From NCBI GenBank assembly GCA_022709525.1, contig JAKLIQ010000008.1, positions 18,917 through 82,916 of the forward strand: DNA of 64,000 nucleotides. Direction: 5' to 3'. Source of the DNA: Candidatus Omnitrophota bacterium (GTDB lineage: Bacteria > Omnitrophota > Omnitrophia > Omnitrophales > Aquincolibacteriaceae). Under the pieces are notes generated by a model. It ran no database searches and was not told where the DNA came from. It was given only the letters and a program-made list of their open reading frames with translations. A program made the position numbers and the translations under genes. Positions 41,601-51,202 of the stretch are shown here, piece by piece (the first letter of the stretch is position 1; the number at the start of each line of letters is the position of its first letter).

Positions 41601-41740
41601 AAAGTTCGTCTCCTTGAATAGAAATGTATCGCATTAATGTAACGACTTAGCCGGGCAAAGCTTTACAAAAATGGAGTGTTTTAAAGGGGTGTTTTGGGGA
41701 AGGAAAAATCCGCTCTGGGAAGGGCCGCGACCCGGATGGA

Positions 41741-42694
41741 TCAGTGCTTTTCGAATATAAGAAGCCGCTCGATCGGGACAACGCCTTTGATATCCCCCGT
41801 CCGGTCGGTCACGATCGCGTAAGATTGGCGTTTTTTCTGCAGCGTCAGAAAGGCTTTCTCAAGGGAGGTCTCGTCCGGGATAAAAACAGGAGCGCGAAGG
41901 AAATCGTGCAGCCCCTGAGCGTCTTCTTCCTCCCAAAGGATATCAAAAACGTAGATCATGCCCATCACGATCGAAGGGATCTCCTCATAAACAAGCATCA
42001 TGCGAGCATGCTTTTCCCGGGCGATCTTTTTGACATCCTCAATCTTACTGTGAATATCCACCATCGGCACCTGGCTCACCGGCAACATCACGGATTGGAC
42101 CTGGATGCGTTCAAAATCCAAAATCGTATGGATTAGCTTTTCTTCCTGGGGCCCCACGATGCCGCGCTGGGTGCTTTCGTCGATCAGGGAACGGAATTCC
42201 TCTTCGTTAACGAAGATATCCCTCGTCGAGGCCTGCCGCAAGGACGGCAAAATAAAATTCAACAATTTGAAGAAAAGAACGATGGGGCCGTACAGGATCG
42301 CGGTAAGCAATCGGATCCAAAGCGTGTTCCCCATCAGGAAAGGAATGGCTGTCAGGCGGCAATAATCCTTAGGGACCATTTCGCCAAAAATGATCAAAAT
42401 GGGAGCCAGAAGGAGCATGACACCCCATTCCGTGTTCCAGCCGAAATATTCTTTGAGGATATAGGTAGCGATGGAGATTGCGGTAACATTGACAATGTTA
42501 TTACCGATCAGGATCGCGGTTAAAAAATAGTTTGGATGTTGTTGGAGCCGCATAATGAATTTGGCTTTTTTATCCCCCGCATCCGCCATCTCCCGCAGCC
42601 TCAGCTTATTGGCCGAAACAAAGGCCATCTCTGCGCCAGAAAAAAAAGCCGAGGCGACCAGCGATAAACCAAAAAGGGTCAGAAGGCCTATCAT
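41741..42694 (-). CDS. CNNM/HlyC-CorC-family membrane protein (DUF21 plus CBS pair, no CorC C-terminal domain)
   Basis: 317 aa with 4 TM segments (DUF21) followed by two CBS domains. Confidence 0.7.
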   Translation of the reverse strand: MIGLLTLFGLSLVASAFFSGAEMAFVSANKLRLREMADAGDKKAKFIMRLQQHPNYFLTAILIGNNIVNVTAISIATYILKEYFGWNTEWGVMLLLAPILIIFGEMVPKDYCRLTAIPFLMGNTLWIRLLTAILYGPIVLFFKLLNFILPSLRQASTRDIFVNEEEFRSLIDESTQRGIVGPQEEKLIHTILDFERIQVQSVMLPVSQVPMVDIHSKIEDVKKIAREKHARMMLVYEEIPSIVMGMIYVFDILWEEEDAQGLHDFLRAPVFIPDETSLEKAFLTLQKKRQSYAIVTDRTGDIKGVVPIERLLIFEKH

Positions 42695-43926
42695 GATTTT
42701 CTCCTGACCGCGACCTGATGGATGCGCTGGCGGATCATATCCTGGACAGTAAAATCAAATTTTTCCGTGTTCAGCACCGCCCCTTTAACGGGCACGACCC
42801 CCATTTTCTCAAAAAGATAACCGCCGAGCGTGGTGGCTTCCTCCGCCACGAGATGGGAAGAGAAATAATCATTAAATTCCTGGAGATTGATCTTTCCTTC
42901 CACGAGGTAGAGATCCTCCCCTAACCGCCGGATCGGATTCTCCACTTTCGCGTATTCATCGTAGGACTCGCCGAAGATCTCCTCGAGGATATCCTCCTGC
43001 GTGACGACGCCGGCCGTCCCTCCGAATTCGTCGACGCAAACAGCAAATCGTTCGTTCTTGACCCGAAAGGTTTCCAAGAGGTCATCGACCCGCTTACTCT
43101 CGGGCACAAAAAAAGGTTCCCGCATCACTTGCTTGATCTCGGGGCGGGGCTCCTGCAGGAGGTAGTTTTGGGACTCGATCACACCGAGAATATGGTCCAA
43201 GGATCCCTGAAAAACGGGTAATCTTGTAAAATGATACTTCTTGATGGTCTCTTCGTGTTTTTCGGGCGTTTCTTCGATGTCCAGACCGACCAGGTCCGTC
43301 CGGGGCGTCATGATGTCTTTTACGGGCCGCTCCCCGAGGTCCAAAAGCTTTTGGATCATGTAGCGCTCCTGCCCTCCGAGCACCCCCTCTTCCTCGCCGA
43401 TCTTCACAAGCACTTTCAACTCTTTTTCCGAGATCATGTCGGATTGTTCGATCTTTTCATGGATCAGAAAAGAGAGGATGCGATCGGTGATATAGCGCAT
43501 CAAGATCCTGAAAGGAGTGAACAAGAATGCAAAGAATTTCAGAGGCAGGGATACGAGCAGGGCCATTTTAATGCGGGCATTGACGGAGAGTATCTTGGGG
43601 AACATCTCGCAGAAAATAATAAAAAACACGGTCAGTAAAGCCATGATCCCGCCAAGATATTTTTCTTCAAAAACGTTCAGCGCGATCAAAGCAACGATGG
43701 CCGTCGCGAGAGTATTGACGAACCAATTCCCGATAAGGACGGTTCCCAGAGTCTTACGGGGCGTTTGAAGGTTTTCAAAGATCCATTTTGAGAGATTCGG
43801 GTATTGTTCCCGAAGCTTGCGTTTGTCCAGCTTGGAAAGGGAAAAAAGAGCTGTCTCGGAAGCGGAAAAGAAAAAAGAAAGCGCAAAAAGAACGCAAAGG
43901 ATCACAAGATGAGGCGTTATGTCCAT
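42691..43926 (-). CDS. CNNM/HlyC-CorC-family membrane protein (DUF21-CBS-CorC_HlyC)
   Basis: Hemolysin/CorC family with DUF21 TMs, CBS pair and a C-terminal transporter-associated domain. The track ORF is over-extended into nadD; the start is likely MDITPHLVIL. Confidence 0.7.
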   Translation of the reverse strand: MDITPHLVILCVLFALSFFFSASETALFSLSKLDKRKLREQYPNLSKWIFENLQTPRKTLGTVLIGNWFVNTLATAIVALIALNVFEEKYLGGIMALLTVFFIIFCEMFPKILSVNARIKMALLVSLPLKFFAFLFTPFRILMRYITDRILSFLIHEKIEQSDMISEKELKVLVKIGEEEGVLGGQERYMIQKLLDLGERPVKDIMTPRTDLVGLDIEETPEKHEETIKKYHFTRLPVFQGSLDHILGVIESQNYLLQEPRPEIKQVMREPFFVPESKRVDDLLETFRVKNERFAVCVDEFGGTAGVVTQEDILEEIFGESYDEYAKVENPIRRLGEDLYLVEGKINLQEFNDYFSSHLVAEEATTLGGYLFEKMGVVPVKGAVLNTEKFDFTVQDMIRQRIHQVAVRRKS

Positions 43927-44513
43927 GCCTGGTCTTTCCGGTAAAGTTCGTTGGTTCGAATGTATTGAAGGACCTTTGGAGATAAGTAATCGTCCACAGA
44001 CTCTCCCCGCTTGAGCGCAGCCCGGATCCCGGAAGCCGAGATTGGGCATAACGGCATCTGGATCCAATCGGCGCGGACATCCCGCACCGCAGGAAGCCCG
44101 TGATTTTCGCGCTTCGCCACGATGAACCGGACCTTCTGTTTCAGTTCCGGAGCGCGGTGCCAAGCATCCAGCCCTTCAAAAGCGTCTTTGCCGAGGATCA
44201 GGAAAAATTCGGCGCCAGGATATTGCTTTTCAAATTCGATCAGGGTATCGAACGTATAAGAAATGCCCTGGCGTTTTAATTCGCTATCGGAAAGCCCACA
44301 ATGAGGTTCGCTCTCGATAGCAAGCCGGACCATTTCATAGCGGTGCGCCGCCGGCGTTATAGAAGGAACGTCCTGCTTATGCGGGGACTGGAAGGCGGGA
44401 ACAAAAATAACTTTGTCGAGCGAGAATTGAACCCGGGCATTCCGGGCTAATTGGAGATGCCCAAAATGGATCGGATCGAAAGTTCCTCCGAAAATGCCTA
44501 TTTTCATTTGCAA
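43917..44513 (-). CDS. nadD: Nicotinate-nucleotide adenylyltransferase
   Basis: 198 aa. IGIFGGTFDPIHFGHL carries the HxGH motif. Confidence 0.85.
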   Translation of the reverse strand: MQMKIGIFGGTFDPIHFGHLQLARNARVQFSLDKVIFVPAFQSPHKQDVPSITPAAHRYEMVRLAIESEPHCGLSDSELKRQGISYTFDTLIEFEKQYPGAEFFLILGKDAFEGLDAWHRAPELKQKVRFIVAKRENHGLPAVRDVRADWIQMPLCPISASGIRAALKRGESVDDYLSPKVLQYIRTNELYRKDQAWT

Positions 44514-44522
44514 AGACCGCTC

Positions 44523-45779
44523 TTAGGTGCGTATATGGCCGTTCCCTTCGACAATGTATTTATAAGAGGTAAGCCCCTCGAGGCCCATCGGGCCGCGAGC
44601 GTGTATCTTATCCGTTGAAATGCCGATCTCGGCGCCAAATCCGTACTCAAAACCGTCGGAGAAACGCGTGGAGGCGTTGATCATGACAGAAGAGGAATCG
44701 ACTTTGGCTTTGAAAGCCGACGCCGCTTGGGGGTCTTCAGTCACGATCGCATCGGTATGACGCGAACCGTAAGTTTCGATATGCTCGATCGCTTCGTCGA
44801 GATCTTTGACGACCTTTACCGCGAGGATTTTCTCAAGAAATTCACAACCGTAATCGTCCGCTTTCGCGCGTTTGGCCCAAGGAATGTAACGGCGGGTCAG
44901 AGCATCCCCTCTGATTTCGCATCCCCCCTTTTTAAGAAGAACGCCGGCCAAAGGTAAGAACGCGCCTGCGATCTCACGATGGACCAAAAGAGTCTCCATG
45001 GCATTACAAACCCCCGGCCGCTGGAGTTTGGCATTCAGGACGATGGGAACGGCTTTTCGGATATCGGCTTTCCGGTCCACATAAACATGGCAGATCCCCT
45101 GATAATGTTTGACCACGGGAATGCGGGATTTCGCGACAACGCGCCGGATCAGTTTCTCGCCGCCACGCGGGATCACAAGATCGATCCGTCCTTCCTGCGA
45201 TAAAAGAAAGTCCACGGCTTTATAATCGGTGGTTGTCACAAGGTTCACAAAACAAGACGGGAGTTTGTGGTATTTAAGAGATTCCTTAAAAATCGCGACA
45301 AGCGCGCGGTTGGAAGCCATGGCTTCGCGTCCGCCGCGCAGGATCGCTACATTGGAACTTTTAAGACAAAGCGCGGCGCATTCTACCGTCACATTGGGCC
45401 GGGATTCGTAGATCATGAGGATCACGCCAAGAGGCACCGTCACTTTTTGGATCTTGAGACCGTTCGGCCGTTTCCATTGGGATTGCACGGAACCGATCGG
45501 ATCTTGAAGCCCGGCAACCGCTCGGACGCCCTCAGCCATTTTCTTGACCCGCTCAGGAGTCAGCGTCAAGCGATCGATCATGGCGGCAGAAAGTCCGGTC
45601 GTCTTGGCGGCCGCGAGATCTTTTTTATTTTCAGAGACCAGTCGCGCTGTTTTTTTCTTCATTCTGGCGGCGACATCAAGAAGGATCTTCTTTTTAAGCG
45701 CCGGCGAACACTGCGCCGCGCAGAAGGAGGCGGCGCGGGCATTGCCAAGCATTCGGTCGAGTTCTTTTTTCCAGCTCAT
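44523..45779 (-). CDS. proA: Gamma-glutamyl phosphate reductase
   Basis: 418-aa aldehyde dehydrogenase-fold protein. Overlaps proB by 4 nt. Confidence 0.9.
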   Translation of the reverse strand: MSWKKELDRMLGNARAASFCAAQCSPALKKKILLDVAARMKKKTARLVSENKKDLAAAKTTGLSAAMIDRLTLTPERVKKMAEGVRAVAGLQDPIGSVQSQWKRPNGLKIQKVTVPLGVILMIYESRPNVTVECAALCLKSSNVAILRGGREAMASNRALVAIFKESLKYHKLPSCFVNLVTTTDYKAVDFLLSQEGRIDLVIPRGGEKLIRRVVAKSRIPVVKHYQGICHVYVDRKADIRKAVPIVLNAKLQRPGVCNAMETLLVHREIAGAFLPLAGVLLKKGGCEIRGDALTRRYIPWAKRAKADDYGCEFLEKILAVKVVKDLDEAIEHIETYGSRHTDAIVTEDPQAASAFKAKVDSSSVMINASTRFSDGFEYGFGAEIGISTDKIHARGPMGLEGLTSYKYIVEGNGHIRT

Positions 45780-46891
45780 CGCTCGCTCCAGATCACAAGA
45801 TCATTGCGATGGATCACTTCATCGGGGGTTTTTCGGCCGAGGATTGACGGGATCTCGCTGGTGCGCTTGCCGGCGATACGGCTGAGATCATGGCTCCGGT
45901 AATGGACGACACCGCGGCCGAAGACCTTTCCGTCAGCCGTCTCAAGTTCCACAACCTGCCCCGATTCAAAATCGCCATGAACTTTCGTGATGCCGCCGGG
46001 CAAAAGACTTTTTTTCGCGAGAAGCGCCTGGTACGCCCCCTGATCGACCGTAATGCCCCCGCTTCGGGTCGCTGAGAAAGCGATCCATTTGTGCCGCATG
46101 TCTTTTTTTCCCCCGGAGCTAATGAATAAAGTTCCGACATCCCTGCCGCTCAGGATCTCCTGTAAAATGCGGGGTTTGTGGCCGTTCACGATCATAAAGG
46201 GGATCCCGAGCCGCATAGCGACGCGGGCGGCTTTGAGCTTCGCGGCCATGCCGCCGACCGTCTCTTCCCGTTTCTTTTCGGACAAATGCATCAGGAGCTT
46301 ATTATCGATCTCATCCTCGGAGGAAACTTCGCGAACGCGGGTTCCGTCCTTTAAGAGGAATCCCTCAGCATCCGACAGATTGATCAAAAGATCCGCGCCG
46401 ACTAAGTGCGCCACATGGACCGAAAGGATATCGTTATCCCCGAACGCGATCTCTTCGACCGCGATGGTGTCGTTCTCATTGACGATCGGCAGGATATTGC
46501 GTTTTAAAAGAGCCTCGAGCGTGTTGCGGGCGCAGAGAAAGCGCTTCCGGTCCTCAAGCCCGTCCCTTGTCAAAAGCAATTGGGCTGTGTGTATTTTTTT
46601 CTTGGTAAAAAAACTTTCATAGGCGTGCATGAGCTTTCCCTGACCGATGGCGGCGCAGGCCTGAAGCTCAGCCATTTCCTTGGGCCGTTTTTTAAACCCG
46701 CAGCTTTTCATCCCGAGAGCGATCGCCCCCGAACTTACCAGGACCGGTTGGCGGCCCTTTTTGATAAGCGCGTAGATCTCCCCGCAAATACGGGCATGTT
46801 CTTGGGCGGAGAAACTTTCCCCTCGCGTCTTCAGAATGCTCGTACCGATCTTGATGACGATCTTTTGGGCCCGGCGGATACGTTCAGGCAT
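45776..46891 (-). CDS. proB: Glutamate 5-kinase (with PUA domain)
   Basis: 371-aa amino-acid kinase fold with a C-terminal PUA domain. Confidence 0.9.
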   Translation of the reverse strand: MPERIRRAQKIVIKIGTSILKTRGESFSAQEHARICGEIYALIKKGRQPVLVSSGAIALGMKSCGFKKRPKEMAELQACAAIGQGKLMHAYESFFTKKKIHTAQLLLTRDGLEDRKRFLCARNTLEALLKRNILPIVNENDTIAVEEIAFGDNDILSVHVAHLVGADLLINLSDAEGFLLKDGTRVREVSSEDEIDNKLLMHLSEKKREETVGGMAAKLKAARVAMRLGIPFMIVNGHKPRILQEILSGRDVGTLFISSGGKKDMRHKWIAFSATRSGGITVDQGAYQALLAKKSLLPGGITKVHGDFESGQVVELETADGKVFGRGVVHYRSHDLSRIAGKRTSEIPSILGRKTPDEVIHRNDLVIWSER

Positions 46892-47882
46892 GGCCTTTTT
46901 CTTCGATCCTTTCCTGGATAAATTTTAGAAGAGATTCTACTCCCTCTCCGGTCTTGACTGAAATCAAAAAATAGATCTGCCCCGAACCCTGGAGATCCTC
47001 CTGGACCTTCCCGATGTCTTTCCCGAGATCGATCTTGTTGACGACCGCCGCATTCGGGATCTGGCGGAAAACCGGATCATGCTCATAAACGATCCTCCGG
47101 AGCGCGTTGAGCCCTTCGATCTCCGTAGCGGAAAATTTTGCGGTCGTATCCACCATGAAAATGATCAGTTTGGCGCGCGCTAAATGCCTTAAGAAATCCG
47201 TGCCCAACCCGCGTCCGTCCGTTGAACCCTCGAAAATGGAAGGAAGCTCGCAGAAATTGATCTGTTTGTAGTCATCGTAGCTATAGACGCCGATCACGGG
47301 ACTCCGTGTTGCAAAAGGATAATCCTTCCCCTCGACAGGGGCGCGCGTCAGACGATGGAGAAGGGACGACTTCCCGGAACCCGGTAACCCTACCAAAAAA
47401 ACATCCGCCAGGATCCGGAATTCCAGCTCCACCTCGATCCTTTCGCCTTCTTCGCCGGGAGTTGCCGTTTTATCACCGATATTCCCAGAACCGCCGCGGC
47501 CGCCGCGAGCCACGATCACTTCTTCGCCTTCCCGCTGAAGATCCCGGATCGCCAAATGATTTTCGCGGCGGTAGATCGAAGTACCGATCGGCACAAGGAC
47601 GATCAGGTCTTTCCCCTGGCTTCCGCGCTTATTGTCGCTACTGCCGTGTTCGCCCGAGTCCGCTTCAAGATGTTGCTTTAATTTGAGCCGGTCAAAGCCG
47701 GGGGCATTATGGGAAGCGCGGAAGATCACGCTACCGCCTCCCCCGCCGTCCGCGCCGTTAGGAACTCTCTTGTGGTCTTTGCGGTGATTGTAGCTTTCGC
47801 ATCCTTTTCCGCCCCGACCGCCTTGGACGGTAAGATGTATTTTATCGATCAACATGGACCCCCCGAAAAAGAAAAAGGCCAA
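46884..47882 (-). CDS. obg: GTPase Obg/CgtA
   Basis: Gly-rich Obg fold followed by a GTPase domain (GLPGSGKSSL, DTTAKF, NKID). Downstream of rpmA. Confidence 0.9.
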   Translation of the reverse strand: MAFFFFGGSMLIDKIHLTVQGGRGGKGCESYNHRKDHKRVPNGADGGGGGSVIFRASHNAPGFDRLKLKQHLEADSGEHGSSDNKRGSQGKDLIVLVPIGTSIYRRENHLAIRDLQREGEEVIVARGGRGGSGNIGDKTATPGEEGERIEVELEFRILADVFLVGLPGSGKSSLLHRLTRAPVEGKDYPFATRSPVIGVYSYDDYKQINFCELPSIFEGSTDGRGLGTDFLRHLARAKLIIFMVDTTAKFSATEIEGLNALRRIVYEHDPVFRQIPNAAVVNKIDLGKDIGKVQEDLQGSGQIYFLISVKTGEGVESLLKFIQERIEEKGHA

Positions 47883-47930
47883 AAAGCTGAGGACCGCTTT
47901 TTAGCCTTTTCGAACTGAATGAAATTTAAA

Positions 47931-48173
47931 TTAACTCGGAATGATATGAACAGATCGATTCGCTCGAAACTCCACGATCCCAGCGCGCTTTGCAAAAAGC
48001 GTGTAGTCGGTGCCAATCCCGACGAAATTGCCGGGGTGATACCGCGTTCCGCGCTGACGGACGATGATGCTGCCCGCCGTGACTTTCTGCCCGCCGTAAA
48101 CTTTCACGCCAAGGCGCTTGGAATTAGAGTCTCTTCCGTTGGTGGTACTTCCCTGACTTTTTGTATGTGCCAT
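47931..48173 (-). CDS. rpmA: 50S ribosomal protein L27
   Basis: [29 protein letters not shown]. Confidence 0.9.
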   Translation of the reverse strand: MAHTKSQGSTTNGRDSNSKRLGVKVYGGQKVTAGSIIVRQRGTRYHPGNFVGIGTDYTLFAKRAGIVEFRANRSVHIIPS

Positions 48174-48194
48174 GTTTTCCTTTTTAAACTAAGC

Positions 48195-48518
48195 TCAGCC
48201 GACTTTGATCTCTTTGACGAGCAAACGCAGAAACTCCTGCCGATGGCCGTGTTTGCGCCGGGATGATTTGCGGCGGCGCATGCGGTAATGGATCAATTTC
48301 GGCCCACGAAACTCGCCTAAATTTTCGCAAACGACTTTAGCGCCTGAGATAACGGGTGATCCCACCTTCAGCTGCCCGGCGTTCTGAACGAGCAATACCT
48401 GGTCCAAGACCACTTCTTTTTTGCCCTCGGCCGCGTCCAATAACTCGACCTCGATAACCTGATTGGGTTCGACCCAGTACTGTTTCGAACCTGTCTCAAT
48501 GATTGCATAATTTGACAT
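48195..48518 (-). CDS. rplU: 50S ribosomal protein L21
   Basis: MSNYAIIETGSKQYWVEPNQVIEVE. 107 aa. Confidence 0.9.
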   Translation of the reverse strand: MSNYAIIETGSKQYWVEPNQVIEVELLDAAEGKKEVVLDQVLLVQNAGQLKVGSPVISGAKVVCENLGEFRGPKLIHYRMRRRKSSRRKHGHRQEFLRLLVKEIKVG

Positions 48519-48550
48519 AAAATGGCTCCTTTTGCCGTAAGAGAGCGTGT

Positions 48551-48579
48551 ATCTTATGGGAATTCCCTAAGTATGTCAA
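48551..48579 (-). promoter_or_regulatory. Candidate sigma70-type promoter for the rplU operon (TTGACA-17-TAAGAT)
   Basis: Minus-strand sense: TTGACAtacttagggaattcccaTAAGAT, about 30 nt upstream of the rplU ATG. Confidence 0.4.
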
Positions 48580-48658
48580 CGCTTTTTGGAATGACCGCAA
48601 CTACTTGGAAAGAAAAGAGTTAGGAAGAATCAAAAAGAGAAATCCTTCGGGGGTCCGT

Positions 48659-49495
48659 CTAAGCTGCCGCGGATTGCCCGCCCTGGTCGTTTAGCGACCA
48701 GTCAAAGGGAAGATATGCGAGCTTATAGGAGCCATCTTGAAGGAACTCGGATTTCGCCTCATCTTCCAGATAGTAGGCCAGGAAAGAAAGCACGGCGCTT
48801 TCAATAGGCGTGGACTTCCCAACCGGTTGAGGAGTCCCGAAATCAAGATTGAAATCGGCACCGTACCATTTGAACACCTTGGAGATCCTTATTTTTTTTC
48901 TACCGGGAACAACATCGACTTGGGCTGGGTCATTCACAAATTGACGCGTTAAGAGGAAAAGTTGCCCCTCCACCTTCGGACCGGTAAAAGCTTCCCGCAT
49001 CAATCGCGGGCCGCCCCGGGCGCCCACAGAAAGCGCTAAGTGGATCTTCTCATCCCGGTATGTTCCGATGAGATTTTTTACGCGAATATCATTGAGACTG
49101 TATTGGATCTGTCCCGTTTTGGGATCGCCCAGACGAAATGCCGCGATATCCGAGACGCTCGGTATTTTTTGCACCGAAGCGACAGGATAATTCTCGACGA
49201 TCAGCTTGATCAAGAGCGCATGATAGGCGTTCAACCAGAAGGCCATCGCTTCCTCCCGCGGCCATTTTTTTATTACCGCGGATGGATCGGCGGCCATGAG
49301 GTGGGCTAAATAGTCGTTCAATTCCTTCGGATCCTGGACAATAGCCCGGTAATTAACTTCGCCTCTCTCGTTGACATATTTTTTAAGAAAAGCGTCCCAA
49401 AGGGAATGGTCGAACGCGTCGGAGACAGAAAATGCCGCGTGAGAAAAAGTAAAGCAGCAAAGAAGAGCGATACAAAAGATTTTTTTAAGCATCAT
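48659..49495 (-). CDS. DUF547-family secreted protein
   Basis: 278 aa with a signal peptide. EAMAFWLNAYHALLIKLIVENYP is characteristic of DUF547. Confidence 0.6.
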   Translation of the reverse strand: MMLKKIFCIALLCCFTFSHAAFSVSDAFDHSLWDAFLKKYVNERGEVNYRAIVQDPKELNDYLAHLMAADPSAVIKKWPREEAMAFWLNAYHALLIKLIVENYPVASVQKIPSVSDIAAFRLGDPKTGQIQYSLNDIRVKNLIGTYRDEKIHLALSVGARGGPRLMREAFTGPKVEGQLFLLTRQFVNDPAQVDVVPGRKKIRISKVFKWYGADFNLDFGTPQPVGKSTPIESAVLSFLAYYLEDEAKSEFLQDGSYKLAYLPFDWSLNDQGGQSAAA

Positions 49496-49507
49496 GAAGA
49501 CGAATCC

Positions 49508-49822
49508 TTAGAAACGTATGCCATGCTGTTTGAGGAAGGCGTGGTCATCGGCATTAAGCTCACATTTCAATTCGCCAGATTTAAGATATTCGCTCATGGC
49601 ACCGCTTTCAAACATCTCTTCGATCTCGTCGAATTCTTCCGGAGAAAGCGGCGACATATTCAAAAAGAAAATATTCACATCAGGACTTTTGTCCTTCATA
49701 TCCCTAAGGAATTTCATCATCTCAGCGGGACTTTTGCCATCCATCGAATATTGCCCCATGATCTTTTTAAGAAGCAGCATCAGTTGTTTCATATTTTGCT
49801 CGAACTCTTTTTCAAAACCCAT
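49508..49822 (-). CDS. Hypothetical acidic protein (about 104 aa)
   Basis: ORF downstream of trxB. The start is likely MGFEKEFEQ because the track ORF overlaps trxB. No domain recognised. Confidence 0.35.
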   Translation of the reverse strand: MGFEKEFEQNMKQLMLLLKKIMGQYSMDGKSPAEMMKFLRDMKDKSPDVNIFFLNMSPLSPEEFDEIEEMFESGAMSEYLKSGELKCELNADDHAFLKQHGIRF

Positions 49823-49860
49823 AAAGACCTCCCTCGAAAATTTTTTTATAAAAACTTTTT

Positions 49861-50802
49861 TCAGTGATGACCTTCCAAATAAGCCTGCGCGGCCAAAGCC
49901 GCGGCGCAACCTTCGCCGCAAGCCGATACAAGCTGACGTACGGCCCCTTCGCGCACTTCGCCGGCCGCAAAAACCCCCGGAACGGAAGCCGCAAGGTTCG
50001 CGTCGGTCACGACATATCCTTTTTCATTGAGTTTTACGAAGCCTCGCGCAAGACCGCTGTTGGGGTCATGCCCGATAAAGATAAACACGCCGTCGACCGG
50101 AACTTTCTGAACGGCGCCTGTTTTGACATTTTTTAAAAGAACATGCGTGACGCTCTTTTCGCCTTCAATTTTATCAACAACCGCATCCCAAATAAAGCTG
50201 ATCTTGGGATTTTTTTTAGCCCGCTCCTGCAGGATCGGACTGGCCCGCAGAGCGTCCCGCCGGTGAACAATCGTCACTTGCTCGGCAAAACGCGTCAGAA
50301 AAAGCCCCTCCTGAAGAGCTGAATCGCCGCCCCCCACCGCGATGATCTTCTTGCCTTTAAAAAAAGCTCCATCGCAGGTCGCGCAATAAGAAACGCCCTT
50401 GCCGGTAAGCTGTTTTTCAAGAGGCACGCCAAGCGTCCGGAAAGAGGCGCCCATGGCCAAAATCACCGCACGGCCCGCATAAGAAGTTCCTGCCGAGCTT
50501 TTGATCTCGAAGCGACCCTCCCTTTTTGAAAGCTCGAGGACTTCCTCATAAATGATCTCGGCTCCGTAGCGTGCCGCCTGGGCTTCCATTTTCTGGGCGA
50601 CTTCGGGCCCCAAAACTCCCTCCGGGAATCCCGGATAATTTTCAACAAGGTCCGTGGAAGCGATCTGCCCTCCCGGAACGAGTTTTTCGAAAAGAACGGT
50701 GGAAAGTTTGGCGCGCGAAGTGTAAAGGGCTGCCGTCAGGCCCGCGCCGCCGCCGCCAATGATCATGACGTCGTAAGTTTTTTTCCCGGAAAGTTCAGAC
50801 AT
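49861..50802 (-). CDS. trxB: Thioredoxin-disulfide reductase
   Basis: FAD motif VMIIGGGGAGLTAALY, redox-active CATC and the NADPH motif. The ATG at 50800-50802 (MSELSGKK) was confirmed in the DNA. Confidence 0.9.
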   Translation of the reverse strand: MSELSGKKTYDVMIIGGGGAGLTAALYTSRAKLSTVLFEKLVPGGQIASTDLVENYPGFPEGVLGPEVAQKMEAQAARYGAEIIYEEVLELSKREGRFEIKSSAGTSYAGRAVILAMGASFRTLGVPLEKQLTGKGVSYCATCDGAFFKGKKIIAVGGGDSALQEGLFLTRFAEQVTIVHRRDALRASPILQERAKKNPKISFIWDAVVDKIEGEKSVTHVLLKNVKTGAVQKVPVDGVFIFIGHDPNSGLARGFVKLNEKGYVVTDANLAASVPGVFAAGEVREGAVRQLVSACGEGCAAALAAQAYLEGHH

Positions 50803-51202
50803 CGTAGACGCCCGCTTTGTCCAACACTTCTTCTTCAGCAAAGACCGGCACTTGAGCGCGTAAAGCGATCGCAACGCTATCGGAGGGACGCGAATCCACA
50901 ACTATCTCCTGCCCCTCCTTACTCAGAAGGTGGATCTTGGCATGGAACGTATTGCTTTCAAGTTTATCTATGACGACTTTCACGATCTTGCCGCCTAATT
51001 CCTGCACGACTTTCAGCATCAAGTCATGGGTCATGGGCCGCGGCGGTTTGACGTTGCCGAGCTTTAATTTGATGGCGTGGATCTCCGGCAATCCGATCAC
51101 GACGGGAAGAAAGCGGTTTCCGGCCTTCTCACGGAAGACGACGAGCTGTTCATGGCGATTTTCATCGACCTTGATCTTGCTCAAAACCAGCTCAATCATC
51201 AA
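50795..51202 (-). CDS. Bifunctional nuclease family protein (DUF151/BFN)
   Basis: 135 aa. VVFREKAGNRFLPVVIGLPEIHAIKLKLGN...PMTHDLM is typical of the BFN domain. Confidence 0.7.
   Translation of the reverse strand: MMIELVLSKIKVDENRHEQLVVFREKAGNRFLPVVIGLPEIHAIKLKLGNVKPPRPMTHDLMLKVVQELGGKIVKVVIDKLESNTFHAKIHLLSKEGQEIVVDSRPSDSVAIALRAQVPVFAEEEVLDKAGVYDV

Noticed and set aside
41353-41634. 93-aa ORF overlapping the 5' end and upstream region of the parA-like gene
   Set aside because: It is in a different frame overlapping a well-supported gene. The peptide is Arg/His-rich with no motifs and is probably not coding.
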